NCBI RefSeq assembly: GCF_964204645.1
Contig: NC_134027.1
Span: forward strand, 9,766,485 to 9,830,484
Reading direction: 5' to 3'
Length of the DNA stretch: 64,000 nt
Source: Tubulanus polymorphus
Taxonomy: Eukaryota; Animalia; Nemertea
Part shown: in pieces, positions 37,739 through 52,239 of the stretch
Layout of the letters: each line of letters opens with the position of its first letter
Position numbering within the stretch: the stretch's first letter is position 1
Translations under genes and position numbers: made by a program
Notes under the pieces: generated by a model
Seen by the model: only the letters and a program-made list of their open reading frames with translations
Database searches by the model: none
What the model was told of the DNA's origin: nothing

Positions 37739-38330
37739 GCAATTAATATAGTTTAGAAGTCCTTTCAAATTTTGAATTTTGAAATACGTTGGGGTCAACT
37801 GAGTTTTCACATAAATAGGTAAAAAACATGATAAACTTTCCGCGATTAAAAAGTATAAGAGGTAACATTTGACGAAGATGAGCTTATGGCCCTTTTTCAA
37901 CTTCAAATTCGTATAGTACACGCTGTATATGCATTCGCAGTACACAACATGTGAAGGAAACATTTCTTCCAGGAGGACGGATTGAATTTCGTAGAAATTC
38001 AACACTATTCTGACGAATGCAATAAGATTAGCCAAACATCGGTGATTGTACGCAATTCTGCGGAAAAGAATTGGAAACTCTTGTGGTAAATAAACAGCAC
38101 AATACCTACATTAAAAACGTTTTTATATTCCCGACTCTATTCATCGCGAGTGAACAGTCAGAATAAAATTCACGGTTATAAAAGAGGCATGTAGTATATA
38201 TGTAATTATGCAATGCTTCGAAACTAACGTTAAGCTTTTGCTGAAAATTTGATTACATTTTGAGCTAAAATGCCAAAAGTCACGTCAACAATCAAAACAT
38301 TATTGTTCATTGCTGATGACTTTTACAGTA

Positions 38331-38528
38331 ACAGTAGAAGTCCTTTATAATGCCACCATAGAGACCAGTGAAAATCATGGCATTATAACGAATTTGGTGT
38401 AGCAAAGAATGGTATTTTCATTGAATTTCAGTTAGATTGGGCAAATTTTTTTTTTGGAAAAATGTTGGCGCTATCAGAGAGCAGTGGCATTCTAAAAAGG
38501 ATGGCGTCATAACAAACTTTGACTGTAT
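38331..38528. mobile_element. Tc1/pogo-like MITE copy
   Basis: CAGTAGAAGTCCTTTATAATGCCA...GGCGTCATAACAAACTTTGACTGTA. Confidence 0.6.
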
Positions 38529-39969
38529 TTCCAAATAAAAATGATCCACAAGTGGCAAGGCAACATTCACCGAGTGTGCCCGGCTCGTGTTTACATTTCT
38601 TCATTTAACAGGTCATTTTTTCTTTTTTTTCTAATTTTAAAGCAAAATCTTTCAAGACACAAATATTGTAACAAAAATACCTAACCCTTACAATCATGAG
38701 AAAAGAGTATCTCATTTAAGAATATTCATGTGATGATCCGGAAAAATGCTACCTGAAAAAATGTCCTTCGACAATGAAATGCTACAGTTTATTCTTAGGC
38801 AGTTTATTCGAGAATCAACTTGAATTTTCTTGAATTTTCTCTTTCCTAGTGGCATTTTCATCAGTGGTCTTTACCCATCAGTGCAGTGAACCATCAGTAT
38901 TCCAAAGGACACGTAATCCATCTTAAACATTGGGATTTCCTCTCCGTACACACAGCGCCGCGTCCAGTTGGACGCATCCATTTATTGTTGGCATTTGAAT
39001 CTTGAAATCTACAATGATACGAAATTCGAATTAAAACTCTTGTAACAGGCACAATAACGACGATGATAACGCGAATTCAAAGCGAATAAAGGTAATTTGT
39101 AGCAGATCTAATGAAGTGAAGTGTGAATAGTCGACGTTGACAATGATTAACAATTCATATAAAATATCGCGCGTAAGAATAGAAGCTTGGGACCTAGACA
39201 TATGTTCGCATGCATATAAATATTATTATTGATCCTCGAATGAATGTGGATTTTCTTTATAATTTTCGCTAATATGATGATGTCCTTCCGCCCATAGGAA
39301 TCACACGAAAATATATCTGATTATTATAGCATCGCAGCTATTATACGCCGTCGGCTAATCTACCTCAAATCGACGATGAACTGATTGACAAGCTATGCAG
39401 CATTGAGCAAATATAGATGAGGCGGTTTGTCACAGGTTGGAAATAAGGCCGACGCCGAAGTAGGATAAGTGGTTCGGATGGTCTTTTCAAGCGGACGTAA
39501 AGGGCGAGACCGACGCTCGTTCAGTGACCGAGCGAGGACGATACCGGAATAGCCGAACGCCGTCGGAATGGTCTTCGAGACGATAGAACGCGCTGTGAAG
39601 TAGAAATCAGCAACGCACGAAGTGGGTGGAAAACCAAAACTTGTGAGATAGCGACATATGCAATAGACTTGGCGTGAGAGCCCTTCGATGTAATAGCCAC
39701 AGGCCCTTCAACAACATCGAGAGAGACCGAAACAGTAACTCCCCGTTTCTTTCTGCGGCAACAAGTGGTTGCCATGGGTGATGCATGAGTCATCTGCCAT
39801 GGTGCGCGAGAGAGAGTTCGGGTTCCCGCATCAGATTTATTGCTTTTACAAGTCAAAGATTGACTCACTCGCACAGTAGTGGCTAAAATAGATAATGGGT
39901 CTCTACTGAGATAGAGAAATTGATTGAACGAAAATTGCACGATGCCTTTGCACGATGGTGGACGATGCC

Positions 39970-40237
39970 CTGGGGGCGGATCTAGTTTTTGGGAATAGGG
40001 GGCCACACACGTGCAGTACTGGGTAACTACTTACACGCACCTGAGGCCCGTGATGAAAGTTCTGAAAAATGTGATGCATTTCAGTGCATTCCGAGCGCCT
40101 TCCTGGTTGAAATTAGGAACGAAATATGCTCAAAATTTCTCCATCCTTTCACCATGATTCTTTTTGGAGACAATTCCAGGTTCTCCTGACCAAAAAATGG
40201 GAAGCGTGCTCACCGCAACACCCTGGATCCGCCCCTG
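39970..40237. mobile_element. MITE with CAGGGGCGGATC-type ends and 5-bp TSD (ATGCC)
   Basis: ATGCC|CTGGGGGCGGATC...GGATCCGCCCCTG|ATGCC. Confidence 0.7.
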
Positions 40238-43200
40238 ATGCCTTTAGGTTCCAATTCCTGAAAGGTATGATCAGTCCCCAGCCCCCCATTCCGGTAACAG
40301 TGAGGACACTGACTGAACAATCTATAGACCAAATATGGGAGTTAAGTTTATATTTGACGATTTGGCCCGTAATTGGCACGGACCAAGCAGGAGTCAAATT
40401 TGACCTGTACCTAGTCAGTGCATTCATATGTAAGCCACTCAATTGACTAAATGATGCTTAAACTAAGTGAAGTGAGCCACTTCCGGAACCAGTTAGAATT
40501 CACAAGCAATGATTTGACCAGTGCTAAAATTTGGCTCGGACCTGGTCCAACAGCTTTGGTCGGGCGAAATAGGCACAGGCCCATTTGGCACCAGTGTACT
40601 TTTGGCAACAGGGTCAGATTTGGCACAGGCCAAAAAAGCTAAGTACGACTGCGACATGTCCAAATTCTTTCATATATCACTAGTTATTTATGGAGCCAAA
40701 ATGAAATCCGTGTAATGTCTGCATAACTAAAATTACTCCCCTCGGAATGGAGGTAGTTTTTCACACATCATGTCTAAAGGTAGAATATTTGATTTCACAG
40801 TTTAATATTGAATATTTGTTCTATTTTCGCTGAGTGCAGACTGTCGGGCCATTCAGTGTTTATCGTGACAACATCGGACTGCACTTTAGGCCGAAATATT
40901 GAGCAAAAGTAAATTTTCGACACGACAAAACCGATAATACCGGGTAAATATGAACGCCGGACAGGCAATAAAGAGCCCTAAGTAGTCAGACAATAGCGGT
41001 AGGCAGGGCCCGAAGAATGAGTTTTCTCTTTTAAGAGTTGGTACATTAAAAGTGTATCTTCAGCCCATCACAGACAAATAAAAGCGTTTTAACAGAGAAA
41101 ACAGACTAACAATTTTTAAAACACTTAAAAAGGCGCTGACAATTAGAATATTTTCGACGACCACTGAACACTCGAGAGTGAGAATTCCTGCGCGACTACG
41201 TAGCGTTTTATTTTCTAGCGTTACGAATGAGCGATTTTGTACAGTTTTAGGTCACGCAAACGGAAGATTAATTTCTTCGCCATGTCCACTTCGTGCCTGG
41301 TGACAATAGGAACGCTGTGGGGATCACAATGGGACCGTGGGTCCGCAGGTGTACGGTAACATTAGATCTAAAGATAATGTATTTAAACATTGTCAGTAAG
41401 TTGATTGTGTCGAATATTCTGAGTATTCGTAAATCACAATATGCCTATAGAAAAATCTGAATAGCTACCAGAATTAAGATTATCTTAGTGTAAACACTAG
41501 GCCAGAGTGATTATCATGACGTTTCTTTTCGACAAGCCCAAAAAAAACTAAATTTGCCAGTGGTAATTGTGATGATATAAATAAGTATCATCTATATAAG
41601 TCTGTATCAATAAAATATGATAAAAACAATGGTATTTCAAAGTGAGCGTTTAGATAAACGCAGCTCTCATTTGGACATTTAGAAATTGTCTATAGGTCCA
41701 AGCCTAGGGCTATGAGTAAAATCATGGAATCAGAGTCCATGGTAAAACCTCGTTTAAGTTTTACCTCCCTGATAAAAACTAAGCCCACTACCTTTGACCT
41801 CTTTTAGGCTAGAACTGAGCCTAAAGCTAAGGTTCAGGAAATGAATATTATGCCCTTTAAATATTGTGATCCTGATTTGAAATGCAAAAGGAAAAATCGG
41901 ATAATTCTTTTTTGATGAAAAGAAAAAAACAATGACTTCATTTAAGTCGGCCTGAAAGCGCAGTCCTAGGGGGGAAATGTTGAAAATTGTTGTTTCGCTA
42001 AAAAATAGACAGCAATGTGCAGAGACATTTGATTGGCTGAACCATAGAAAGATTGACAACGAATCGTAATAGTGGAAAACTCAAGTATGAGTTAAATTTA
42101 AGGGATACTATTTCTCCTCATCCCATTCAGAATGTGACCACCCACAAGGTGACTTTTTGAATAAAACCTTTTACCGATAACTACACGACTTTGGTCAATA
42201 CCTAAGATACAAAAACTACCCTTGTCAGCTCATCACTGTTAGGTTGTATGAATGTGAATGTACGTAAATTTTACTCCCCCTGCGTATTGGTTTCGATAAG
42301 AAAATATCTTCCATCATCCTCACGTTGATTATGATAATTTGCCACAGGCAAAGTGGTTTACCTTTCTAGTATCCTGAAGAACGTACTTAGATAGATTTCA
42401 AACGATAATTTCCTCCGTTTCTTTGAATAGGATTGAAATTCAAACTTCGAAAACATCTCTGTAACTATAAATTGCTGTAGGCGATGTTATAACAGCCACG
42501 GACCAACCATATCAGAGAAGATGCCCAAAACTACAAGAAAACAATCTAACTAGTAAAGCACGGCTGAAAAACTGAACTGGGGATATTTTTACTCAGGGTA
42601 ATATCTGGTGGGGGATTTTACTTTGTTAGGTCCACTTCATATATATACTCATTCTGAAGACACAATATAATCACTTCCTGATGAGTTGACCATATATTTT
42701 TCTTGATTTATATATCTTTCTTCCCTAAAGCTGGGGGCGCATACTAGGGCCAATCTATTCACACTACATCCCGCGATTACAGATTTCACACTGAAATTAG
42801 TGAATTCATAATGCGGCTGCTCTGCTGCACGCGATCTCCACTTGCAATCCGTCACTTTTGAAAATTGCGATTGATCAAAACATGTTTGATTTTCACATTG
42901 CACGACGCAATTTTCGCCGGGAACCACTTGAAATTGAGCCAATCACTGGAAAGCTTTAAATCATGTGATCAGGTGAATGTCTAAACGCTGAATGAACTAC
43001 GTTTTAGAATTTTAGCAGCTTATGAAACTGGATTTTTTCTAAATGAAAATGAATATATGTGCAACAATTTAGTTAAGATGGCACATGAAAAAATTCAGGA
43101 ATGAGACGCAAGATCCTGTAATTTCACAATTTTTCACACAGGGCCATTTGCCACTTTTTTTCATATTTCTTCCCACCAAAAACAGGATTTTTCACATTAT

Positions 43201-43884
43201 TTTCATACCAAAAACGGAATTTTTCACATTTTCTAATGAAGGAGATTTATCAAAAAGACAAAACGGGAACTACCTTTTCCTTTGAATAAGTCAAAACCAG
43301 CTGGCTGTTTTCGACAAAATTAGGATCAGTGAATGATGCACGTTGTATGGAGACAAATTTGAAAAAAATGTTCAACACTTGACCCGGGAAATAAATGACG
43401 TACGCAATACAGAGAAGTCATTTCACTATTCAAACAAGCAACGACAACAACGTGTACTATTGACAAAGATATAACCATTTGAAGATTTCCACTAGAAAAC
43501 GCTCATTTTCAGCCGGCAACTTGGTTAACAGTCATCGAAATGCGCGGGGCACCTGCGACGTTTCCAGGCATTCCTATTGTCTCACTCAAACTCTCAACAG
43601 CAACCGGTGAGGCACTTCATCGCTCGTATAAGAGTCACTGAGATATACATATACATATATAATTATGGGTGTCACGTATAGGCATAGACGAATCGTGATC
43701 CTTTCAAAAAATCCTTTCAAATCCTTTCAAATGAACATCTAAAAAACACTTGTAATCGTTCAATTTGGTCGCAGATTTTCCCGAAATTTCAATTTGCGTC
43801 GAATTCTGCATAAACGGCCCTCGACAAAGTCTTTGTTGCTGTATTTCCCTGTAATGTCGTCGTGTTATAGGTTTTTCATAGCAA

Positions 43885-44067
43885 GGCACTCATTGTCTCT
43901 CTCCACCCACGAGTAAATGGGTACCTGGTCTGATGGATGATTCCTAAACGACTAGCAGCTGCTCGGATGTTACTTCTCCCCAGGGAGAGATGACGGATAA
44001 AAGGTTAGAGTGATAGGCTTTAATTCCAACTTAACTGAAAGTGCGTTGAACATTGTATCACAGTGGA
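43885..44067 (+). mobile_element. SINE-like retroposon fragment; second copy at ~1405-1590
   Basis: Both copies share CTAGCAGCTGCTCGGAT.TTACTTCTCCCCAGGGAGAGATGAC and TTGAACATT.TATCACA; upstream CTCTCCACCCA.GAGTAAATGGGTACC resembles central domains of invertebrate tRNA-SINEs. Confidence 0.6.
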
Positions 44068-44738
44068 TATTAAATCAACTTACTATCAAATTAAAAGACT
44101 GGGTCTCCAAAAGACTGGGTCTCCAATGATCTGGCAACTGGTTCACCTACAATTTTGGTGGACGATGTGGTGATGGTTAGAAATTCTGTTACATCATTAC
44201 TTTGCTTTATCACACATACGTTCGTAATCGACCTTAATCAACAGCAAGTGACGATAAATCATATCGAAAAAAAACCGAGACGCAATTTCTGAAGATCCGA
44301 GCCGGGCCAAAAATATTTTCTCTCCCCACCCGTACGACTATATGAATCATTATCAAGCGATGGCAAATATCTCTTTTTAGATAGCTGAACAGACGCTCGG
44401 CATCACCTGAAAAAATTCATACACAGCCCGTCAGTGTGAATTAGTACATCTACATGTAACGCGCTAATGGGATGGCTGTAACACGTAGTTACACACATGT
44501 TACATTTGTAACGCAGCTGTAATTTACATGATACATTTGGACAACATTCACAGCTAGGGTGTGAGGTCGGGTAACACATCTGGAAAGCTGTCTGCGTTTT
44601 TAAATCGACCAAATAGCATTTTCATGTACTGATTCATTGCGCCGAAGAGCGGGGAATCACATCCTCAGGCGGTCAGTAAGAGATTCCGGATAATAAGTGT
44701 CGCAGTCCGGGCGGCAACAAAATATCCCTGCAAACCGC

Positions 44739-45243
44739 CATCCTCAATTGCCAGGGTTTGATTGCCTCATGCTGAAGCTTACTTACGCCCACACAAACCC
44801 TGGCCATAGACCCTCAATGATCTATTACACGGCCCAAGATGTTTTGGGTGGACACATTGCGACAGCGGCCACTGTCTATATATATCAAGCCAATCAGATG
44901 CATAGTTGGATAACTTATATGGACCAGCAACTACTAAGTTGCATAGTTGTTCTTCGATTTGATCCCTGAAGAGTTCTCTTAGTGACATCCTCGCTTGCCA
45001 GGGTTTGATTGCCTCCAGCCGAAGTTCTCGCCGACACAAACCCTGTCTGCAAACCCTTCATTGGTTTATAACATTGCCCCAAGATGTACAAGGAGTATAG
45101 TTTTGTGGCCGCTTAGCAGCAACCTGTTCACCCGAGACATCTTGGCAATGTAACAGATTAACGGAGGGTGCAGCCAGGGTTTAGGTTGGCATGTGAGTTT
45201 CAGTGGGAGGCAAGAGACAATGATACCCTGGCAAGTAAGGCTG
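44739..45243. mobile_element. Composite foldback MITE (two left ends, at 44739 and 44986) with 9-bp TSD
   Basis: GCAAACCGC|CATCCTCAATTGCCAGGG...CCCTGGCAAGTAAGGCTG|GCAAACCCC (8/9 match); 44986-45243 is largely self-complementary. Confidence 0.7.
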
Positions 45244-47796
45244 GCAAACCCCCTGCAACAGGCATTAGCTGGTTGACGGCAGGACCTCGATCAACGCTCA
45301 AATGATAAATGACCCCTGGATGCGCTGCTGATTTAAGTCAACAGATCATTACATTTTTAGCGGAAGCTGAAAGTAACAATAACATCTTTCATGATCAACT
45401 CGAGAGATCAATCGATATAACCTTGCGCTCTGCTCCCTTCAACAATTCATCAGTTTCTATCGACGGACCGGATTGGATCCAAGAAAAAAGGAGCTAATGA
45501 ATATATGTACCCCGTGACAGATATGGGACAGTCATATGGTTGCAAACAGTTGAGACTGTTTCCAGTCTTGATGAACATCACAGCGGCGATGGAACCGTAA
45601 TGATTGCAGCGGCAAAAGCCGCGGCAATAATTTACTGGATGACGTTTTCTTTTTCTTTCTACACGACCACGCTTTTGACGAAATTGAAGTAAATTCAATG
45701 CGGCCATCAAATAAATACATTTCATCCTGCAGACATAGCGAAACTTTGAAAAGAAACAACCCACAGAAATATGTATGTATATATATATATATAAATACAT
45801 TTGACTGGATAGCCAATATATGAAAGTTCCAGCTTTTTGCTTAAATGTTTGTTCTGGGCGCAGGCCTATTTTCTCGCCGATATAACTAGCCCGATGCCGT
45901 ATCCCTGCATATAGTGTTACCGCATGCGACTGTTTATGGAAACCCTAGCCCCCTAATTGTACTTGATATACGCATTGCATATTTCTCATGTATTTTTTAT
46001 CCCGCCGCTATAGAATCATTCCGTGTATAACCGATATGAAGAATATATGTACCAGGCCGCATATCTCAATAACTTACAAGGAATGTAGCTCATAATTCAG
46101 GTCTGTACAAGACTAGTTTATATTCAGTAAGTACCGGTAAGGAAGATTTCTCTTCTTTATAATTCATTTGGAATCAATAGCCGATCGGAGAAGCATTGAC
46201 CAAGATAGAGGGTAACTCGGCAATCAGATGGATTCATAATTTCTTATACGCTACTCAGACCGTGGACTCCTTCCTTATTTCTCCGTATTACCTTTAACCC
46301 AGGGGTAAACTCAATTGAAAATGAATTAAGTTAGCCCTAGGGTTTAAGGCAATACCAGTCTATGAAACCAGGCCCAGGACTAGTGTCCAAATGTTTGGCC
46401 ACTTGTGAAACGTTTGAGAGGAGAGTTTACCAAAACCAGGGCACATCGCAGGCCTGCACCCGGCGGCCACTTGGTACATCCCAAAAGGGCATTTCGACGT
46501 TAAAAAAGGCAATATTACCTGTACTTCTGCACTGGAATGTACCAATTAACTTTGTTGACAAAATTAAAAAGTGCACTAAAAAATATTTGATGGATTTTAA
46601 CGAGTCTCACAAGTCCCCCTGGCTTTCCCCTGCATGATGGGCAATAGGCAATTTTTGGGTATCAAAAGCGATGACTTGGAAGAAAATCTGTGGCCATATT
46701 TGTTCAAATTCAAGAATAAAGACGAATCAGTTGCAAGCGAATGAAAAACGATTCGTCATCAGTTTCACCGTTCATTTCACAGGGGCAGAGCTTTTCGAGA
46801 AAAAAGAGTCCAAACCCGAGTTTTCTCAGTACGTTTTTTGATGTCGCATCACCTCAAGCAGCCAACACGGTTAGCCCGGCGAACTAGGTATCGATTTCAT
46901 CGTTTTAGTAAACTATCTCCGGAGCGGCAACTGTTCCTTTTCAACTAACTTTCAACAACATGAGAGAGAGAGCTGAAAACTCGTTAAAAGCATTCGAAGT
47001 TAAAAACTCCCCGGCGCAAAAGGTGCGAATATTTATCATCATCGTTATTCGACAAATAAAAATTCGCTGAACTCGGCCTGCAAAGAAAACCCCGGGTAAA
47101 TTTATCGGCGGGGCGGGTGTAAATTTGCTGTCGAAGCCAGAACTTGTTAGGTTGCGGTGTGTTTAGATGTTTCCTGTCAGATGGCCAGGTGTTTAAGTCA
47201 GTATTAGGGGGAAACCTACAACGCTGGGTGGGTATAACTGATGGCACAATAGAATCAAACAAATAAACAATTTGTTCCATTCTACGCCAACTTTCTCTCC
47301 TTCTCCCTTTCGCTCTGTCTTTCCCACTTTGCGATGCATTAACGCAATAACGGAAAGCCATTTGTCATAGTTCATCAGAAATGTTACGAGTTATTTCTCA
47401 AACACAATAAACTGTCTAAACAACCATCTCCGTTAAAGGCTTTCTGTGAAAAGAAAAACATTACGCTGAACCGGAACCGCAATAGTAAAAAGAATTCATC
47501 AGGACTCCTGGAAAAAGCATAACATCTTTTACGTAATAAGACATTTTCGTGAAAAAAAAGCTTAAATCAATAATGGGTTTGAATGAAACAGCTCGCAAAG
47601 TATAAGCCGATAACAGTTTTTCTGCGACATAAAAAGTTGTATTACATAGTTCAATTTCAACTTGACTAACAGTAAGACCCAATCGCTAGATATATCGCTT
47701 AGCGGGAGGATGATGTCTTCCTAACCAATTTGCCTGTGAATGTCCTTCGTTTCCGCAGGTCAGAAATGAAAACGGGTTGACTTTTTATCACTAGAG

Positions 47797-48053
47797 CAAG
47801 GCGGGTCTGAGGGGATGGTGCAGGGGGTGAGCACCCCTTAAAAATGTCAAGCTGCCCTGAAATTTCACGGGAAAATGATATATTAAACTGACACCTAAAA
47901 ACGTTTTAATTCGTTAACTTGTCCTCTGTATTTCCAATGGAAAATAAGTTACGTTTTCTGATGAGCTTTCTTTCAGGGGGCCCTTTTCATCATATGATAC
48001 GCCCTATTTTTGGCGTGAGCCTCTCTCTGAATCAGACTCTAGATCCACCCCTA
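47797..48053 (-). mobile_element. CAGGGGCGGATC-family MITE, 5-bp TSD TAGAG
   Basis: TAGAG|CAAGGCGGGTC...GATCCACCCCTA|TAGAG; reverse-complement relative of 48633-48881. Confidence 0.7.
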
Positions 48054-48632
48054 TAGAGGGCAGCTAGCAACTTTTCCTACCTATAACCAACGTATACGAC
48101 TGAGTCAAAATTCCTATTTCGGTTAGTAACAAACCAGCTATTGAAAACAAACTCGAAAACAATGCAGGGCCAACTGCGTACGACTGTTGTATGAATCATT
48201 GTAACTGCACGTATGGACGTGACTTCATGAATGCTGCACCGGAGTGGACAGTATTTACTCGTTTCGATCTCTATAACAACCGGCGCAATGTGTGTGGCCC
48301 TAAACAATGACACACCGGGCATATCTGTCAAAATATTGACTTATATCGAACAATGAGCATAAAACGTGTTATATTATAATCTATCATGATTTCGAATGAA
48401 ATGCTTCACTAATCAATTTGAACGGGCTAATTGAAGTTTAATTCTCGGCCTCGTCGCTAACAGCAACTACCTACACAAAATGCCTTACCCTTACACCATA
48501 CCCCTATCATTTTTTCTGGTTGTCCAGTTTATCTTGAGTCAGAAAATTGACTTGAATCTGAAGGCTAGGGTAATATTGTAGTTGCATTACATGACAAATG
48601 AACAGGGACTACTTCATTCAAATCGGGTATAT

Positions 48633-48881
48633 CAGGGGCGGATCTGGGCCTTCTGACTCGGGCGGGGATAAACCTCCCGAGACTGGGCATGTACCCCCAA
48701 AAGAAAGCTCATCGGAAAACATTAACTCATTTTTGGAAATACAGAGGACAAGCTTATGAATTAAAACTTTTTTAGATATTAGTTAAATACTTTTTTATTT
48801 TCCCGTGAAATTCAAGGGCAACTTGAGACATTTTTAGGGGGGATGCGCTACCCCTGCACCCTCCCCTTGGATCTTCCCCTG
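48633..48881 (+). mobile_element. CAGGGGCGGATC-family MITE, 5-bp TSD TATAT
   Basis: TATAT|CAGGGGCGGATC...GATCTTCCCCTG|TATAT. Confidence 0.75.
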
Positions 48882-51800
48882 TATATCCTGCATTCGAAAT
48901 CCTACATTTTCATTTACACCAAAAATCTGTGTTGAGGGAATTCAGGCAGTATTAAACCATGGAAAAAAGAAGCGTGAACTTGTGACCGAGCCCATATGCG
49001 CAACTCAAGGGTCACCCTGCTTCAGTATAAGTAAACATCGAACAGTCAGTCTCTCGATGGTGTCCTTTGTCATTTCATCAGGTCGTTTTGTACCCATGCG
49101 TAGGATGCTAATTCTTTCGTGGTGTTTTATGCACTATCAATAATAGTGAGAAACTGTGCATTTTGGGAATCTCTGTTGTCCAAACATCTAGCTATATCAC
49201 TGAGCTATCCGACTTCACAAAATGCCTTGGAATATGTTCGCTGTTAAACTTTTAGTTAACCGATCATGTTCAATCAGTTAAAATGATGTAATTCAAATGA
49301 TAAAATCTTGCCATATACTACTATGTTGAGCGTGTGATTGTTTAGGTCAAGCAAAAACCTTACTGACCTCATACGGCTACTCCTAAAACTGATGTATACC
49401 AAAACGTATTGTCCATATTTGGGGATTTCTTGCTCCAGTTTCATGAAGGGGTTTAACTAAAAAAATAGCGGGATTATACCGAATTACATGATCTCACGGG
49501 TCAGACTTATGCGTAAAACTATGGTACTGTCCTGCCTCCTGCCGGGTTTTGACGTGACATGCACGTTGTTTTCCCTGACTTAATCCACTACGAATACAAT
49601 CAATTAACACAGTCAAATACATGTACAACCAGGGAGGTGGTACAACATAGACGGAAACTGTTTGGTTTTACACTGGATCTAGCAATTAGCTTTTCTATCT
49701 ACTAAATTCCCTGACTATTCCCCGACTATTCCAGGAAGGTGACCATCTTCCCTGCTTAAAAACTAAGCGGTCAACTCATGTACTGAAAGTAAATGATATT
49801 CGCATGAAAATTTTTCAGTTCAGTAAGGCCTATAGCCGCATTCGATTTTGAAAGATATGAAGAAAAAATTTGATTCGTGCCACTCTATGGGTATGCACGT
49901 ACTTCCCTGGTGAAACTTTTTATTCAAACTGAAGTATACATTCATAAAGAGTAAATATAAGGTGCAGGTGTCAGGTGTGCATGAGCAATCGGTGGTATTT
50001 GAGTTTGTGTTGTGGCTCTATAGTTCACGTCACGTATTACCGAGTTTATTGCCTTTACCCGATGACGACAAACTGAAATTTCATTGGCCTATATAATAAC
50101 CATATATGGCATACATGCGATATGCAAATTCGAGCGTGAACGTTTTCGAAAAATAAATCGGCGCACCGGTTTTCAAAATGGTACTTCGAGTAAATAAGGA
50201 TAAACAAGTGGGTCCTTATGACCTCCTAAAAAGCGCCCTTCAGTAACACCACGTCCTCGATGACTATTTACTTCGTTGATGAAATGTTGAATAGTTCTTA
50301 GATTTTTATGTATAGTTGAGTTTTTCTCTGCCCGAATTTGAGTGAAAACTGATGAAATGAAAAACATAATTGAATTTCAATTAGAAAATCATAGAAATAA
50401 AAACAATCTATCTCTGAATCCAAAAATTTGAATTAAAATTACTTGCAAGTTTATCGACGCCTTGAAAAATAACACATATTGCTGAATATTGTCGACATAA
50501 ATAATACAAATTACATGGAATTAAGGATCAATGAAGTTATTTTGGATTTGTATCGATGATTGGCAACCAGTTTAGCCCTATATATTGATGACGTAGATCC
50601 TCTCAAAAATAATTATCAAGATTTATCTAATGTAAAATACGAGTTATGAATTATATTTAATGATAAAATAAGCACCAGAATTTGCAATTCTAATTGTTAT
50701 TTTGAAAAGCCAATATCGATTATGTAGTGCACATTGACGCACAGAACCTCTTAAATACCACGTAGGGCCTACTAGGCATCGATGTATATGAACATCAACG
50801 TAACAGTCTTTACGGCGTCGAAAAATTCTAAAACGACTAAGAACGAAATGACATTTCGAACTTCCTCCGAAAGCATCATCGTAATCGGATTGTTTCTCTA
50901 CGTTTCACAGTAGATTATCGTCTGACAATCTAAATTTAACCGAAGTTTAAAAATAAACGCGACAACGACACGGATACGCGAAAACACTGTTCGAATAACA
51001 TACACGTAACGGAATTCAAATTAAATAGCGGACATTTCAGCTATTAACACCCTGGGCGAAAGAACATTTCATTTAGACACGCGCCGAGATTGAGAAACGG
51101 CTACTGTGTATTTGTCTTATACGACTAATTGGCCATTTCGAATGACGAGAGTTTCTCTGCGCCCGATGTTTTCTTACGGATATTCTACCTTCGGTGCTCG
51201 CTGCTAGCTTCGACTAGAATTTCTTCTTTCACAAACAAAACACAGTATCAGATGTGGCGGACCAAAAAAATATCATACCGTACCATATCCACTTTAACTT
51301 TACCGGCGCTTTCAAAATTTTGATGGTAAAAACTAATCTACGGAAGTAATTATTATTTTCGAGCCGTCCGATGTTTTCTATCGTTCGCTTCTAGACTGAA
51401 TTAAAAGGAAAGACGAAAAAAAGTACGGAATTAAATTTCTTTCTTTTCGCGATTGAGTAGCTGAGGGATGATTGAAATCGCATTACACATGTTCAATATT
51501 TGTCGCCGTCTGAATTAGTGGAGTATTCAAGTGTCGTCTATAGAAAAGGGCGCATCCAATACAAAAGTTCATTTCAACCATTGATGAAACACGATGTCTG
51601 TGTTGTTACATTATGTAGACAATCCCACACTAATATAACAAAAGATGAAGTCCGAAAAGTTTCCTTCAAGTTTATAATTTACTGATTCAACATTTCGACT
51701 TTAACCTAATGGTCATTCTAGGAATACTGAGTTAACAAAATTATGAGATAGCTATATGCCAAGAACAACAAAACTTTTCGGACATCATCTTTTGTTACAT

Positions 51801-52196
51801 TTGCGTGGGATTTTCTATACAAGAGTTCATTTCAGTCGGAAAACCGAAGGAATATCAATGATAAAAAAAAACAATAATTATTATGTATCTATTTCAGCCA
51901 AAAGGAAAGGCTAGGAGAGAAAAAAGAAAATGAAAAAAAAATCTAAATTCACGTGGAAAGAACCTATTTACAATCTGAATAATTTAAGGATATTGATCCT
52001 AAGTGCACAACTCTTGTGGACTAACTTAATAGTAGGATAGTAATTGATGAGGTCTTTTATCTCATTTAGTAACAAATTCAACTGGTTTCGTGTACATATT
52101 TTCCATTTCTGGCGAATTCCTATAAATCTCTCCATCTGTAAACTACTGAAAGCGCATTCGGCAACATTTCAACAAAACCGCTCAGAAGCGGAGAAG

Positions 52197-52198
<2 letters not shown>

Positions 52199-52236
<38 letters not shown>
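52199..52236. repeat. (AG)n microsatellite
   Basis: Seen directly; about 19 units. Confidence 0.95.

Positions 52237-52239
<3 letters not shown>

Noticed and set aside
39521-40006. 161-aa ORF with a GPCR-like snippet (FHPLRALLISTSQR)
   Set aside because: The start lies inside a MITE, there is no DRY motif or proper TM spacing, and no supporting exons; likely chance.
45309-45816. Cluster of short ORFs on both strands
   Set aside because: No recognisable domain or consistent splice structure.
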